From assembly GCA_030324005.1 (NCBI GenBank), contig JARDVH010000137.1:18936011-19000010 (forward strand): a stretch of 64,000 nucleotides of DNA, written 5' to 3'. Positions 50,729-64,000 of this stretch are shown here, one piece after another. Source of the stretch: Negaprion brevirostris (lineage: Eukaryota). The notes under the pieces are model-generated. The model searched no databases. It was not told the origin of the DNA and was given only the letters and a program-made list of their open reading frames with translations. The position numbers were made by a program, and so were the translations under genes. The stretch's first letter is position 1. Every line of letters begins with the position of its first letter.

Positions 50729-52019
50729 CTGCAGAAGGAAAAATCATTCAAAACAAAATTCCTGCTAGTCATCAGTAATTCAGAGTTTGAATCATTCAGG
50801 TATTTTGAACTTCATTTCTTTTTTAATCGCACCATTCTTGGGTGTTCAGTCTAATATATGCAATTTAAAAAGCATCCATCTCACAGGGAAAAAATAATTA
50901 TTTTTGCAGTTTTTAACCCATTTTTTCCACCTATAATACAGGTAATTGTGATTTTGTTCAGTCACTTTTACAGATTCATTTTGTTATCACCAGAAACTCG
51001 CAGGTATGTGCACTTATCCATGCTGATATACAAGTTTCCAAATTGAAGTACTAAAAGATCGACAGTCAAAGAATGATTGAAATCTGGGAAAGTTGTTGTT
51101 TATAGAACAACACTATTCAATTTGTTCACAGGATGTGGGGATCATTGACAAGGGTAGCATTTATTGCCTATTCCTAATTTCCCTCAAGAAGGTGATAATA
51201 AACCTTATTCTTGAACCACTGTAGTCCATGTGATAAATAGGTACCTCCACAGTACTGTCTGGGAGGGATTTTGACAGAGAAGGAATAGTAATATAGTTCC
51301 AAGTTAGGATGGTGTGTGGCTTGGAAGGTGACCTACAGATGCAAGCGTTCCCATGCCTCTAATGCCTTTGGTGGTTTTGAGGTGCTGTTAAAGGAGGCTT
51401 AGTGAGTTGCTGCATCTTGTAGATGGTAGACACTGCTGCCACTGTGCATTAATGGTAGAAGTAGTGACCGTTTAAAGTGATGGATGGGGTGCCAATCAAG
51501 CAGGCTGCTTTGTCCTGGATGGTGTCAGTGAATGTTTTGGAGCTGTATTCATCAGGGAAGAGGAGGAATGGAGCATGTAGGTCCCCATCGCCCACTCAAT
51601 CAAACAGTCCAGGATAAGTGTTCAGTCCCCTACAGACTATCAGGGATCCAGGCTCTGAGTGTAGGGTGCAGCCTCAGAGAGAGAAAGATAAGAGTGAGAA
51701 AGCCAGGCAATAGACAGGGTAGGAAAAGAGGGAGAGAGTAAGTATGAGAAAGATAAGCAAGTAAAAGTTGAGCTGAGTTTCAGAAGTTGTGTGTGTAAGA
51801 CAGAGAAGCAATGTTTCTTGGGTTTTGTTTGGGCGGTTTTGTGTTATCCAATTTGAATTTATATAGTATTTGCCGTATTCAGTGATTTGTTTTATTTTGC
51901 AAGTTATTCCAGTTAGAAATGCACAGGTCTTCACAGGGATTTCAATTCATAAATGTTTTTTCCAGGCAAGAAATTTCTAAAAGAAGCTCTCTCTGATTCC
52001 AATGGAATTCCATATTTCA

Positions 52020-52256
52020 CTTAAAGTTGTGTTGTTTAAAGTTGTGTTGTTTAAAGTTGTGTTGTTTAAAGTTGTGTTGTTTAAAGTTGTGTTGTTTAAA
52101 GTTGTGTTGTTTNNNNNNNNNNNNNNNNNNNNNNNNNNNNNNNNNNNNNNNNNNNNNNNNNNNNNNNNNNNNNNNNNNNNNNNNNNNNNNNNNNNNNNNN
52201 NNNNNNNNNNNNAAAGTTGTGATGTTTAAAGTTGTGATGTTTAAAGTTGTGATGTT
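52020..52256. repeat. 15-bp tandem repeat (TTTAAAGTTGTG[T/A]TG)n spanning a gap
   Basis: About 6 units with GTGTTG before the gap and 3 units with GTGATG after it. Confidence 0.95.
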
Positions 52257-52628
52257 CAGGAATGCAGCACAACCTTAAGCAAGGATGTACTGCATGTAGG
52301 TTTTAGTTTGTTAGTTACCACAAAAAGCTGAGAGAAATAGAGTGGGAAAAGAGATCCCTATGTAGAGTTGGAAATCTTGTCCTGCAGTAATTTCTGTTGG
52401 TTGCTGGGAAATTAAGTTATTGGCCTCAGAAAGGATCACAACATACTGTATAACACTACAAACTCAATTATTTAAGATTTTATTAGAAAAGAAAATACTG
52501 TCTGATATGTTGCTAAAGTCCATTGCTTAGATCCTATAGAAATTTAATGGGATACCCTTTACGAGGTTGTTCTATTTAGTAAACCAGATTTTCTTTCAAG
52601 GTAAAATGACCTTTTACCTCATTCTCAC

Positions 52629-52747
52629 CTGTGGCATGTTAACTCTGGTCATGTTCTCCACAACCTGCCGGGTAATGTTGGTGCTCCAGTAACCCCACCT
52701 ACACAGATGGAATCCTAGGCTCCAGTACGGAGGCATTATTGGATAAC
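52629..52747 (-). CDS. GAA: GAA copy 1, exon 7
   Basis: 119 nt, [39 protein letters not shown], tag/gtgag. Confidence 0.95.
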
Positions 52748-53114
52748 CTATACAGTTATTAAAAAATAGCACAAGATGCACATGACCGCAGACCATTTCT
52801 CAATTACTACATTAAAAATATACAAGCATCTATGCACCATAACAGATTAAAGTCTAGAATTATGTTGTGTGTGAATTCCCATTGTTCACTTGGCACAAGG
52901 ACATAATAAATAGGAGCAAAAGAAGACCGTACAGTCCATCAAGCCTGCTCCACCATTTGATATGATTGTGGCTGATCTTAGGCTTCAACTTCAGTTTCCC
53001 ACCCATTTCCATATCTCTCTCTCAGGGAACATCCTGAGAGACCAAACATCTGTCGTCCCCAGCCTTAATTCTACCCAATGCTGGATAAATAGCAAGTCAT
53101 AGTTTTAATCTTAC

Positions 53115-53234
53115 CGATAATATCCATGTACTGTCTTATCACTGTTTTTGGTTCTGGACCCAAGAATACATAAAAATCAAGGATTCCCCCAATGGTCCTC
53201 CAGGTTAGAGAAGGGGATGGTTGAAGTAATATGT
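53115..53234 (-). CDS. GAA: GAA copy 1, exon 6
   Basis: 120 nt, [39 protein letters not shown], cag/gtaag. Confidence 0.95.
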
Positions 53235-53750
53235 CTGGATAAAACAAAACTGTGTTAATTTTCATAACAGAATATTCTTAAACATCAGTATCACATGGAT
53301 AATATCAATGGAATTGTTAACTCAGTGACCCAGGGAAAAATACAAACAAGTAGCAATACTTGGATAAGGATTGTAATTTCTACACATGGCAGAGGCCTGA
53401 TCTGATGATGATAGGTCATCAACCTAAAATGTCGAAGCTATCTCTCTCCCCACAGGTGCCACCTGACCTGTTGAGTATTTCCAGTACTATTTTCCTATCT
53501 AGCTGAATTGTAAAACGGTCAGCAAAAGCTAAGTTTTATGATTGCACAAGAAAGACCAGGCAATTTTGATAGAAAAATAGAAAGGGTGAAAGACCGAAAC
53601 AAATATACCACATATCAACATGGCAAAAAGCCTACATATATTGCAATGCATTGCCTAACAGAGGTGATTTAGTATTAAATAGGGTGAGCAGACTTCCAAT
53701 TCCAATCAGAGTTACACTTGTATATCCAGACAAACTAGTTAATTTCTTAC

Positions 53751-53847
53751 CCTTGGCATTACTGTTTAACAGGAAAACACCATGCGCTTTTCCATCCTCT
53801 TCCATCACCAAGTAGAAAGGGTGTGAGCCATATAAATTGGCCTTCGG
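53751..53847 (-). CDS. GAA: GAA copy 1, exon 5
   Basis: 97 nt, PKANLYGSHPFYLVMEEDGKAHGVFLLNSNAK, cag/gtaag. Confidence 0.95.
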
Positions 53848-54114
53848 CTGCAATGAAAAGGCTTGTGTCATTGAAAGTACGTGAGTAACATTCTCATTTA
53901 GATTCACAACTGATTCCCTACATATTTTTGTAGACTTAATGTTATCTAGGTCAGAAACTCCCAAGGTATTTTATGAAGATAGCCCAGACCCTTAGTTTTT
54001 ACCTTTGAATTTGGCATGGGTGAGTTTAAGGTGTTTCANNNNNNNNNNNNNNNNNNNNNNNNNNNNNNNNNNNNNNNNNNNNNNNNNNNNNNNNNNNNNN
54101 NNNNNNNNNNNNNN

Positions 54115-54778
54115 AAGAAGAAAAATTAGCATAACTTTTACCAATTACAATAATCAACCATGATATAGTATAAACGTTAGTAGCTAGCCAATTATGATGT
54201 TCCATGTCAAACAACACCCAACAAACATGCGCCTCTTTCTCAACTTGGCACAAAAAACAAGTATGCTGGGTTTTGCAGCTTTTAAACCTGCTGCAAATTG
54301 GTCCTTAAATGTTGGATTAAAACTCTAATGCTTCTAGTCCTGGAACTTTCAGCATGCCTCCAGAGAGAAGGAGAGACACACAGAGACACTGCTTGCCTCC
54401 ACTATCTTCTTAGCAACTCACAGGCAGCAGAATTTTCAACCCCAGAGCCGCTGCTCCCTATCTCACATCCCAACAGCATCTGAGAAAAATGAAACTAAAA
54501 CCTTGGAACTTTCTGTGGGAAAAAAAAACTGTCCCCAGGTAGTACCCGACCTGTCAAACATGCTCCACCCAGCAATTGCAGAAGGCTTATAAAATCCCAG
54601 ACCACTGCATTAGTCCAGATAAAAATAAACATGAGACCCATTATATTGTTTCAGCAACAATTAAAGGACATCAGCTACAGACATTACCGTGCCAATAAAA
54701 CTTTGTAAAGGAACTGCTTGAAAAGCCTGTAAATAAACATGATTAAAATACATTTCTTAAAGGCACAGTATCATCACA
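54115..54778 (-). mobile_element. LTR-like element of the same family as 43890-44633
   Basis: Minus strand begins tgtgatgatactgtgcctttaagaaatg and runs into a gap. Confidence 0.5.
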
Positions 54779-55229
54779 CCTAATGAGAGGTAAACCCTTC
54801 CCAAAGTTCTCCTCTCTATCTGGAAGGTTGGGAGTTTTTTTTCAGCAGGCAATAGCATGTCTTTATTCCTTTGCTAAGTGAATGGTATCAGTCAATTCAA
54901 AGAAGAGGTTTTAACACTGGACATGTTCCTTTCTTCACCTGATTTTCAAACAAATGCACTTCAGAGCAGGGAGGTTGAATAATGATCAGAAGTGGGAACA
55001 TGACATGGTTTCACTCCAAACATTTCAAGGTGTATCAGCTAGGATTCAGACCCATTCTGCATTGCCCATCCCACTAATCTCTTACTGTACATAGAAATAA
55101 GATTGGACCAAGAAATTTGAAATGCCGTTTTTTAATGCCAACGTAATTGGGAAAGATAGAACACCATAATCAAGTACTGAAGAACAAATCAATTAANNNN
55201 NNNNNNNNNNNNNNNNNNNNNNNNNNNNN

Positions 55230-55304
55230 GGTTGGACTAAAACCTGGTGTTGTCAGACTTTTTACTGTGTTTACGCCAGTCCAACGCCGGCATACCCACA
55301 TCAT
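55230..55304 (+). mobile_element. Penelope pseudo-LTR end
   Basis: gttggactaaaacctggtgttgtcagactttttactgtgtttacgccagtccaacgccggcatacccacatc. Confidence 0.75.
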
Positions 55305-55379
55305 GTTGAATCAAAATCAGAGATCACATTATCAGAGTAATGGGCGCCCATCTCTTTATTTACCCATGGGATATGAACA

Positions 55380-57200
55380 TTATTTGTTAGGCCAGCATTT
55401 ATTGTCCATCCCTAATTGACCTTGGAATGTGGTGGTGTGCTGCCTTCTTAACTGCTGCAGTGCATCTGGTGGTTATGTACAGGGTGTAAGGGAAGGAGTT
55501 CCAGGACCCTGATCCGACTTCAGTAAAGAAACAGGATTTAGTCCCAGGTTAGAATGGTGTGTGACTTGGAGGGAAACTTGCAGATGTTCCCATGGTGTCT
55601 CCTGTTCTTGTTCTTTTAATAAATGCAGATTTGGGAAGGTGGCCAAAGGAGTTTTGACAAGTTGTGCTCTGACTCTCAAGCACCATTCAGTTTGTTGGCC
55701 ATAACTCCGGGTGGAAGGTCACATCTTCTTGTCTTGTAGATGCTACACGCAGCTGTCAGTGTGCACCAGTGATGGAGTGAATCAATATTCAAGTTGATGG
55801 ATGGGGTGCTAATCAAGAAGGCTGTTTTCTTTTTGAGGTGTTGAGCTCCTTTAGTGTTGTGAGAGCTGCAATCATTGGACAAGAGGGGTGTATTCCATCA
55901 CACTCCTGACTTGTGCCTGATAGATGGCCGACAGCTGTAGAAAGTCAGGCAGTGAGTTACTTGCAGCAGAATTTTCATCCTTTGATCTGTTCTTGCAATC
56001 ACATTTATTTACACAGCTTGTCCAATTAAAGGTAACACCCAAGATGTTGATGGTGGGGGAATTCAAGGACACTAATGCCATTCAACATCATGGGGGGGGA
56101 TGTTAGATTGCCTATCATTGGAGATGGTTAGATTGCCTATTATTGGAGATGGTCAATGCCTGGTATTTCCACGCTGCACGTATTGCTTGCCTTTCATCAG
56201 CCCTTGCTGCTACCCTTGCTGCATACAGGGACAAACTATTTCCGCATCTGAGGAGCTGCAAATAGGACTGAACACTGAATAATGGAAAGCAGGTAATTGA
56301 TGAGGCTGGGCCTAGGGTACTATGCTGAGGAACTCAATGTGTGGGACTGAAATGACTGGCCTCCAACCACTATCACCTTCCATTGTGCTCACTATGATTC
56401 CAATGAGTGAAAATATTTCCCTTTGATTCCTATTAACTTCAATTTTGCTAGGGATCCTTGATGCTATACTCGATCAAATGCTGTCTTAATGTCAAGGCCA
56501 GTCACTCTCACCTTACCTCTGGGATTCAATTCTCTGGATTATGTTCGAACCTAGGTCATAATAAGACCTGGAGCAGATCGGCCCTGGCAGAACCCAAATT
56601 AAGCAGCTTACAGAATCCCTACAGTGCAGAAGGCCACCATTTGGCCATCGAGTTTGCACCGACCACCATCCCACCAATGCATTTACCCTAGCTAGTGTCA
56701 GGGGGACTAAGGGACAATGTGGCATGGCCAATCTACCTATCCCGCACATCTTTGGACTGTGGAGAAACTGGAGCACCTGGAGGAAACCCCCACAGGCATG
56801 GGGAGAATGTGCAAATTTCACACAGTGACCCAAGCTGGGAATCAATCCCGGGTCCCTGGTGCTGTGAGGTAGCAGTGCTAACCACTGTGCTACCATGCTA
56901 CTATTGCTTAACAAGTATTTCTTAGTGGCAATGTTGACAATACCCTGCATCACTTTGCTGATGACTGAAAGTAGACTAATGAAAGTAAATTGAAAGCAGG
57001 ATCTATTGTATTTCCAGTGCTTTTGGTGGACAAGACATACCTGGGCAATTTTCCATGTTGCTGGGTATATGCCAATGTCCTGGGATTGCTTGCCTAAAGG
57101 TGCAACTAGTTTTGGAGCACAAGTCTTGAAGTGGGGTGTTGTTAGTGCCCATAGTTTTTGATGATTCTAGTGCACTCAGTCTTTTCCTGATGGCATGCAA
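55380..57200 (-). mobile_element. Degraded CR1-clade LINE with nested HE1 SINE (~56610-56897)
   Basis: SPTINILGVTF..LSAIYQAQVRSVMEYTPL; same family as 19195-19770 and ~51120-51560. Confidence 0.65.
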
Positions 57201-58403
57201 ATCAAATTTAAAACCAAGATGAGGAGAAATCTCTTCACTTAAAGAATTGTGGATCTTTTATGTTTTCTGCCCCAAAAGACTGTGGATGCTTTGTAGGAAT
57301 TTGAAAAGGCTTTGGGAGATAAACCCAAAGCACAGAGCCACAATGGCTGAAAGCTCTGCTCCCAATGATTAGCGGAAGGGAAGGAGAAACAGACGGTATA
57401 AAGTTGGAAGCGCAGTGGATGTAAGCAAAACTCAAGGTATAGAGATGGGTGGAGAATGCCCAGAGGGACTCTAAAATCACTCATCAAAATGGGAAACCTG
57501 TGGAGGCCACTGAGCAACGGACTGAAAGGAAAGCTGGGTCTGTTATGGAAAAATGTGCACAGCCTTAAATTCGTTGGTATTCAGGACAAAGTTGTGAAGA
57601 CAGGCAAAGAGGACATTGGAAAAGTTCAGCTTAATAGTGATGAAGGTTTCAGCAGCTAAAAGGATGAGTTATAGATGGAAGTGAATGGAAATAGATGGTT
57701 GTGATGACAGGAATGGTGTTGAATCTCAGCACTGTCAAATCTGATATAAGGTTTGCAGAACAGAAAGGTGCCCTGTGGGATGGAGGATTATAGGGAATAG
57801 TTATGAATAGGAATGTCCGTACCAACTTGGCAATGTTTTCTGCTCCCAAGACAGCCATTAGATCTTCAGCACATGTTCCCCAAATTTCCTTAGTTGCACA
57901 TGGAATTGATCATATGATTCCCCACTGCAGCAAGATTGTTATTCCATAAGTGAAGAAAATACAATGACAATGCTACAAACTAAGGGACATTTAGGTTTGA
58001 GATTCTCAGAGCATGAACAAACTGAGCTGGGTCAGCCTCACATAGCCCTCAAACAGCACTGACCTTAGGCACAATACTGACTGCATTCATATTTTCTCAC
58101 AGTTTGAAATGCTCCAGAATGGGAATTTCTCTNNNNNNNNNNTCTAATCAAACACTGGTATAAAACATTTTTGAAAGAAAGAGAAAGAATCTGAAAGCTA
58201 CACTTCTTCCCACAGAATCCAAGGACAAGGGAAGAAATATAACCAGTAATGGGTATGCATGCATGCCTACTTATTTATAGGTAGGTGTTTATAGCTTACA
58301 TTTCGTCAGGAACATGCTTTACAAGAGTGGTCTCTTCTCAGGCCGAAATTGGCATTTGAATGTCTGAATAGAGGGAAAGAAACAAACAAGTTAATTAACT
58401 TAC

Positions 58404-58569
58404 ATGAGGCACTTGATCTCGGTTCCAGTGAGTTAATCTAGTCCAGTTTACATTCAGGATCAGATTTGTCATGTGCTCTCCCAAACCTGAAATGTACTTT
58501 GAGGCCAGGGAGGTGGAAATCTGCAGAAATTGATCAGTATAAAACAACGGCCCCACTGTTGTGTTCAGG
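58404..58569 (-). CDS. GAA: GAA copy 1, exon 4 (most 5' exon visible; exons 1-3 not found in the window)
   Basis: 166 nt, [55 protein letters not shown], tag/gtaag. Confidence 0.95.
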
Positions 58570-61099
58570 CTAAGAAAAAAATAAATAGGATATATTATAC
58601 AACTAAATGACTGATGCAATAAAAGATAGAAAATACTATTCCATAAGATTGTTGTGTAGAATTGCTTTTTTCTAAACATTCATACAATTATTAAGTCTGT
58701 ATGAGGTAATGCAAGCTTTAAGGTAAAGCCAGGCTTTCACCTGGCTTTGAACAATTTAAGCTGCTAGATTATTGCATTTCATGCAGGCTCAAATATTAAT
58801 TTAAGTGGGCTGAAATCTGGGCTTAAAAAATTCTTTCTTTCAGACTTGTGTAATAAAGGAGAGATTGACCCCCTTTCTGAGAACTAACACCAAAAGAGGA
58901 ATAAGTCACCCGATAATCAGTAAAAAGTGCATGTGAAGTGGTATAATCTGCTCTTCAGCAACTTAAAAGTAAAATAAATCCCTGATATTCTTTTTAAAAT
59001 CAACATGTAGCAATTTATTTATCTAAGTGAACAAATAAACTAAACTATTAACAAACTGAATAAATCCCTTCTATTAACTATTCCTGAATAAAACAAAATT
59101 CTAATGGAATGAATTCAAATAAATACTCCTTAACAAAATACAATTTAGTCACTCTNNNNNNNNNNNNNNNNNNNNNNNNNNNNNNNNNNNNNNNNNNNNN
59201 NNNNNNNNNNNNNNNNNNNNNNNNNNNNNNNNNNNNNNNNNNNNNNNNNNNNNNNNNNNNNNNNNNNNNNNNNNNNNNNNNNNNNNNNNNNNNNNNNNNN
59301 NNNNNNNNNNNNNNNNNNNNNNNNNNNNNNNNNNNNNNNNNNNNNNNNNNNNNNNNNNNNNNNNNNNNNNNNNNNNNNNNNNNNNNNNNNNNNNNNNNNN
59401 NNNNNNNNNNNNNNNNNNNNNNNNNNNNNNNNNNNNNNNNNNNNNNNNNNNNNNNNNNNNNNNNNNNNNNNNNNNNNNNNNNNNNNNNNNNNNNNNNNNN
59501 NNNNNNNNNNNNNNNNNNNNNNNNNNNNNNNNNNNNNNNNNNNNNNNNNNNNNNNNNNNNNNNNNNNNNNNNNNNNNNNNNNNNNNNNNNNNNNNNNNNN
59601 NNNNNNNNNNNNNACACCACCTTTTAACAGGACCACACAAATGCTTCCCCCCTTTAGCATTTTACAAACACCAAATTCTAACTTCCTACCTCCCGACCTA
59701 CTATTTTTCTACTCAACTTCGCAACATTTGCTACCAATTGCAAGAACAATTAAAAGTCAAAACAGAAAATGCTAGTCACACGTGCCAGCATCCCAAAAAA
59801 ATGAGAAAATGGATATTACTGCCTTTGGTCGGAAAAGGTCCCTTCCTATTTAATTTTTAATGGGTGCTATACTTTTCACTGAGTCAAGATTGAATCATGA
59901 AATTGCTTGGTTATCTTCATTCCAACTAAACTTTAATTAAATTGCTTTAGAAATACTCGTTCATGAATCCTTGAATTCAGTTCTTAAGTATACGTGTATG
60001 CATCGAGTGGAAAGTTTCCTTTCTTTCCAATTTTCCTTTGATTTGAACAGCTCATAATGGAAACGGTAACATGGTTGCTGCTGCAGATCAGATCCTTTCT
60101 ATTAGCCTTTTGGCTAATATTCATCTGTGAATTTGGCAATGAAAATTCCCAAGCTATTTATCTGAGGAAATGCCAGGGATTTCTTTATAAATCTTGTTTA
60201 TTTTATCTAATGATAAAAAAAACTCAGAAGGTAGAGCTATCTCTAACTGAATTGTTCCAGCACACCATTTTAGAAACCTCAAATTAGGCTAGTATTCCTT
60301 TCAGCTGAGGATGGCATAGGGAGATCTGGGAAAAGGATTTTGTTTTGCAACATGTCAACATAGTTGTAATACTTCCTATATTTGATATTTCAAACTCAAT
60401 CTTAAAACATTCAAGCTGAGAAAGTCTTCTAGCTTACTTCCAAAACAATCCGAATAACTTATCCAAGTTACTTATCTAAAAAGAAACAGTAAAATAAACC
60501 AATGATGTGCATTTTTATGTTGGGATGGCATCTATCACTGTTTTGTTTTAAATTCTGATTTTCTCTGATGTTATTACACCTGTGGTGAAAGACTTTGGTT
60601 GCAAAGCAAAATACATCACGCTGGATAAATGAACAACTTGCACAACACAGACTGAAATAACAAGGCCCGCTCAAGTAAAGTTCGTAATTGTAATAAAGGT
60701 TTGAACAGCAACAACTAAACATTCCCTTTCTTCATCAACCTCTATGTGCACTTACACATTTTAACAACTGCAATCCTGTTTTTCAGGTTTAAACGGATTT
60801 TAAGTTTATGATCTACATTATAATGAAGTGTTGGACTTATAATAGGGAACATGAATTCAAAGCCACACTAGCAAGTTTGAGAATTTCAACTGAGTTAAAT
60901 TAAGTAATATCTGAAATTAAGACTGAGAATTCACGAAGCTGCATAAAAAAGTAATTGGTTCACCAACATTCTTCAGGAAGAAAATCTACCATCCCTACAT
61001 TTGACTCTTAGCTGCCCTCTTGTGGTCCAGCAAGCAGGTCTTTAGCCATTTACTCCACTTGATAAAGAAATGGCTGCATGTACTAGACAGCAAAGGCTG

Positions 61100-62500
61100 C
61101 AGGCCTCAATAAGAGGGTGTGCATGTACAAGGAATGGAGGAAGTTAATATTCAGATGCAGCAAGCAACTAGGAAGGCAAATGGCATGTTGGCCTTTATTT
61201 GGAGTACAAGACTAAAGAAGTTTTGTGACAATTGTACAAAATTTTGGAGAACCACATCTGGAATATAGTACAGCTGTGCGAGGTAATGCATTTTAGAAGA
61301 TCTATAAGAGATGGGAAATATACAGTAAATGGCAGAACACTTAAGAGTATTGATATGCAGACGATCTGGGTGTACAGGTCACTGAAAGCAGCAATGCAGG
61401 TGAAGAAGGTAGTCAGAAGGCATATGGCATGCTTGCCTTCATCGGCTGGGGCATTGAGTTTAAGAATTGGCAAGTCATGTTGCAGCTTAGTTAGGCCACA
61501 CTTGGAAGATAGTGTTCAATTCTGGTCACCACACTACCAGAAGGATGTGGAGGTTTGGAGAGGGTACAGAAAAGGTTTACAAGGACATTGCCTGGTAAGG
61601 AGTGCATTAGCTATGAGAGGGCAGAGAAACTTGGTTTGTTCTCGCTGGAACAATGGAGGTTGAGGGGCGACCTGCTAGAAGTCTGCAAGATTATGAGGGG
61701 CATGGACAGAGTGGATAGTCAGAAGCTTTTGCGCAGGGTGGAAGAGTCAATTACTAGAGGGCAGAGGTTTAAGGTGCGAGAGGTAAGGTTTAAGGGAGAT
61801 GTATGAGGCAGGTTTTTTTTCAACAGAGGGTGGAGGGTGCCTGAAACTCGCTGTTGGCGGAGGTAGTGGAAACAGATAGGACAGTTACTTTAAGAGGCAT
61901 CTAGACACATACAAGAACAGGATGGGAATAGGGGGATATGGACACTGGAAGGGTAGGGGCTTTAGTTCAGATGGACAGCATGGTTGCTGCAGGTTTGAAG
62001 GGCTGCAGGACCTGTTTCTGTGCTGCAATTTTCTTTGTTCTTTTCGAGAAAGGATATATTTGCACTGGAAGGGGTACAGCAAGGGTTCTTTTAATTGGCC
62101 TCTGAGATGAGGGGGTTGGCTCTGACAAGAGGTTGAGCTTATGGTCTCAAGAATTTAGAAAAATAAGAGGTGCAAAATGCTAATGGGGCTTAATAGACTA
62201 AAGAGATTGTTTCCACTGATCAGAGAATCTAAAACATGGTGAATGATCTCAGGATCATTTTGGACTAAGATTAAGAGACATTACTTCATTCAAAAGGTGG
62301 TGAATCTTTGGAATTCTCTACCTCGGAGGGATGTGGATGCCCCATCACTGAATACATTTAAGGCTGGGAGGGATAGATTTTGTCTTGCAAAGAACCAAAG
62401 GATGTGGGGAGCAGACAGAAAAGTGGAGATGAAGATCAAGATCAACCATAAGTCTACTGAGTGGCAGAGTAGAATTGACAGTCTATACCTGCTCCTATTG
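61100..62500 (+). mobile_element. Nested CR1/HER1 LINE 3' fragments
   Basis: LVRPHLEDSVQFWSPHYQKDV, ERVQKRFTR, RLRGDLLEVCKIMRG, HYFIQKVVNLWNSLP. Confidence 0.8.
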
Positions 62501-63591
62501 TTATTAACTTTGACTGTAATGCTGAAGAGTGATGCTCTCAGACTCAATGAGGCTCTAGCCAAACTATTCCAATGCAGTTACAAAACTGGCATCAACCCAA
62601 AGGGGAAAAGTTTGTCATGATACAAAACAAACAAACAAACTCATCAGAAAAGTAAAGCAAGGAGTCATCAACAATGCAAGAAAATGACACTTATGCACCA
62701 ATAGTGTGGTATTTAGATTAGATTCCACTCAGTATGGGTCACTTCAGCTTGTTCCGTTATTTACTTAGGTCATGGTTGACTTGCAATCTAACTTCATATA
62801 TCTGCCTTTGTCCTAGACCCCAGAATACCTTTGGGCTAACAACTTCAAATGTCAAGCATGATTGATTTTAACAATTAATTGATCTTCTATAGCTGGTTAT
62901 GGAAAATTGTTCCAAACTTCCTCCACATTTTATGTGTAGAACTGTTTCCTACTTTCACTCCTGAAAGATTTGGTTCTAATTTTTTGACTAAACCCCATTG
63001 TCCTAAATTCCCTAACTGGTGCAAGTAGTTTCTATCTACGCTATCTGTTGGAGGTTTTGTCATCTAGTTGGTAGCCTTTCTACCCGAGCCAGAAGCTTTG
63101 GGTTTTGACTCCCACTCCAGCACTCGACAGCTAAAGAGTGTTCAGAATGTAGCCAAACAGGTTGACGATAAACCTTCAAATCCATCTAATATTCCTGATA
63201 ACAGGAGATTCCTGATCTTCCATGTTATGGAAACAACATTGGAGCCTCTCTGATCATGGTTCATAACTTCAACGCATGTTGTCGAAGCACTCCAAGTGAA
63301 AAACAAATCACGACCACAGTATATCATCCATTAACAGATTGAAATCTTTGATGAAATCACCCCTTAACAAAGGATACAATACTATCTAGTGTAACCTCTC
63401 CCTGTAGTTTAAGCCATGGAAGCTAGGTCCATTCTGGTAAATCTATACTGCACTCCCAAGGCCAAAGTATTTGTTCTAAGATGCTCATTACTGCTTATAA
63501 GCCCAGGAATGTTCTAACCAGGGTTTTGAATAGCTTAAGGTGACTTCCAATCCCTTGTTTTCTGGGCCTCTTGGCCTAAATATATGAGTAT

Positions 63592-64000
63592 GCGACAATA
63601 CTGTGCCTTTAAAAAATGTATTATATCATGGTTCTTGTGAAGGGAATATTTAAAAGCCCATTCTGTTAAAATGGTGCTGATGTCTCTGCTCCAGGCAGCC
63701 CACATGCTGAGAATGCATTATAGATCCCCGATATTGTTTTAATGTGAGCTAATGTAGTTTTGACCATCTTTTGGGTTGTTTCCTGGGGTTTCAGAGTAAG
63801 CTTTAATTAAGTTGATTGACAAGGAGCAGAGTCCTGTCAATGGAAGGAGCTAGGGCTACACAGACAAGCAGCAGTTTGTGCTTCGATCTGCACAAAGCAA
63901 GAAATGTTTTTGCTCTCTCTCTTTCTCTCTGAAGACTGCAGTTTCAGTCAGATCTGCTAGAAAATAGGTACCTCTCTTGAGGGGTGTTCTGGAGGCTTGA
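63592..64000 (+). mobile_element. LTR-like element, truncated by the window end
   Basis: tgcgacaatactgtgcctttaaaaaatg start motif shared with 43890. Confidence 0.45.

Noticed and set aside
52002-52278. ORFs (KVVLF)n and (CCLKL)n; possible CRISPR-like array
   Set aside because: Translation of a spacer-less 15-bp tandem repeat in a eukaryotic intron
56100-56155. ~25-bp direct duplication gttagattgcctat(c/t)attggagatg
   Set aside because: Ordinary slippage duplication inside a dead LINE
60750-60900. Possible GAA exon 3 (gtaag donor near 60755)
   Set aside because: The required phase-2 frame has a stop and there is no RYEVP/PFG motif. Exon 3 is outside the window or in a gap.

Overview
Eukaryotic, repeat-rich, gapped genomic DNA. 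HE1-type tRNA-derived SINEs, CR1/HER1 and Rex1 LINEs and Penelope-like elements point to a shark (elasmobranch). The main gene is an apparently intact lysosomal alpha-glucosidase (GAA, GH31) on the minus strand. Seventeen coding exons equivalent to human exons 4-20 (58569 to 23162) were mapped by hand with GT-AG borders and preserved phases, and both catalytic Asp motifs (WIDMNE, WTGD) are present. About 20 kb downstream on the same strand lies a second GAA first coding exon (signal anchor plus trefoil domain, 2415-2975), implying tandem GAA paralogs unless the scaffold is mis-ordered. Its GC-rich promoter (~6590-6890) carries a CLEAR-like E-box, CCAAT boxes and an RFX X-box. It appears shared head-to-head with an unidentified, stop-riddled multi-exon plus-strand gene remnant (~6.9-18.1 kb). 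Also notable are fold-back Penelope-like insertions carrying minimal hammerhead-ribozyme motifs, and a two-piece templated insertion that duplicates the GAA exon-17 acceptor inside a LINE. Repeat boundaries are approximate and all family calls come from recognition, not database searches.
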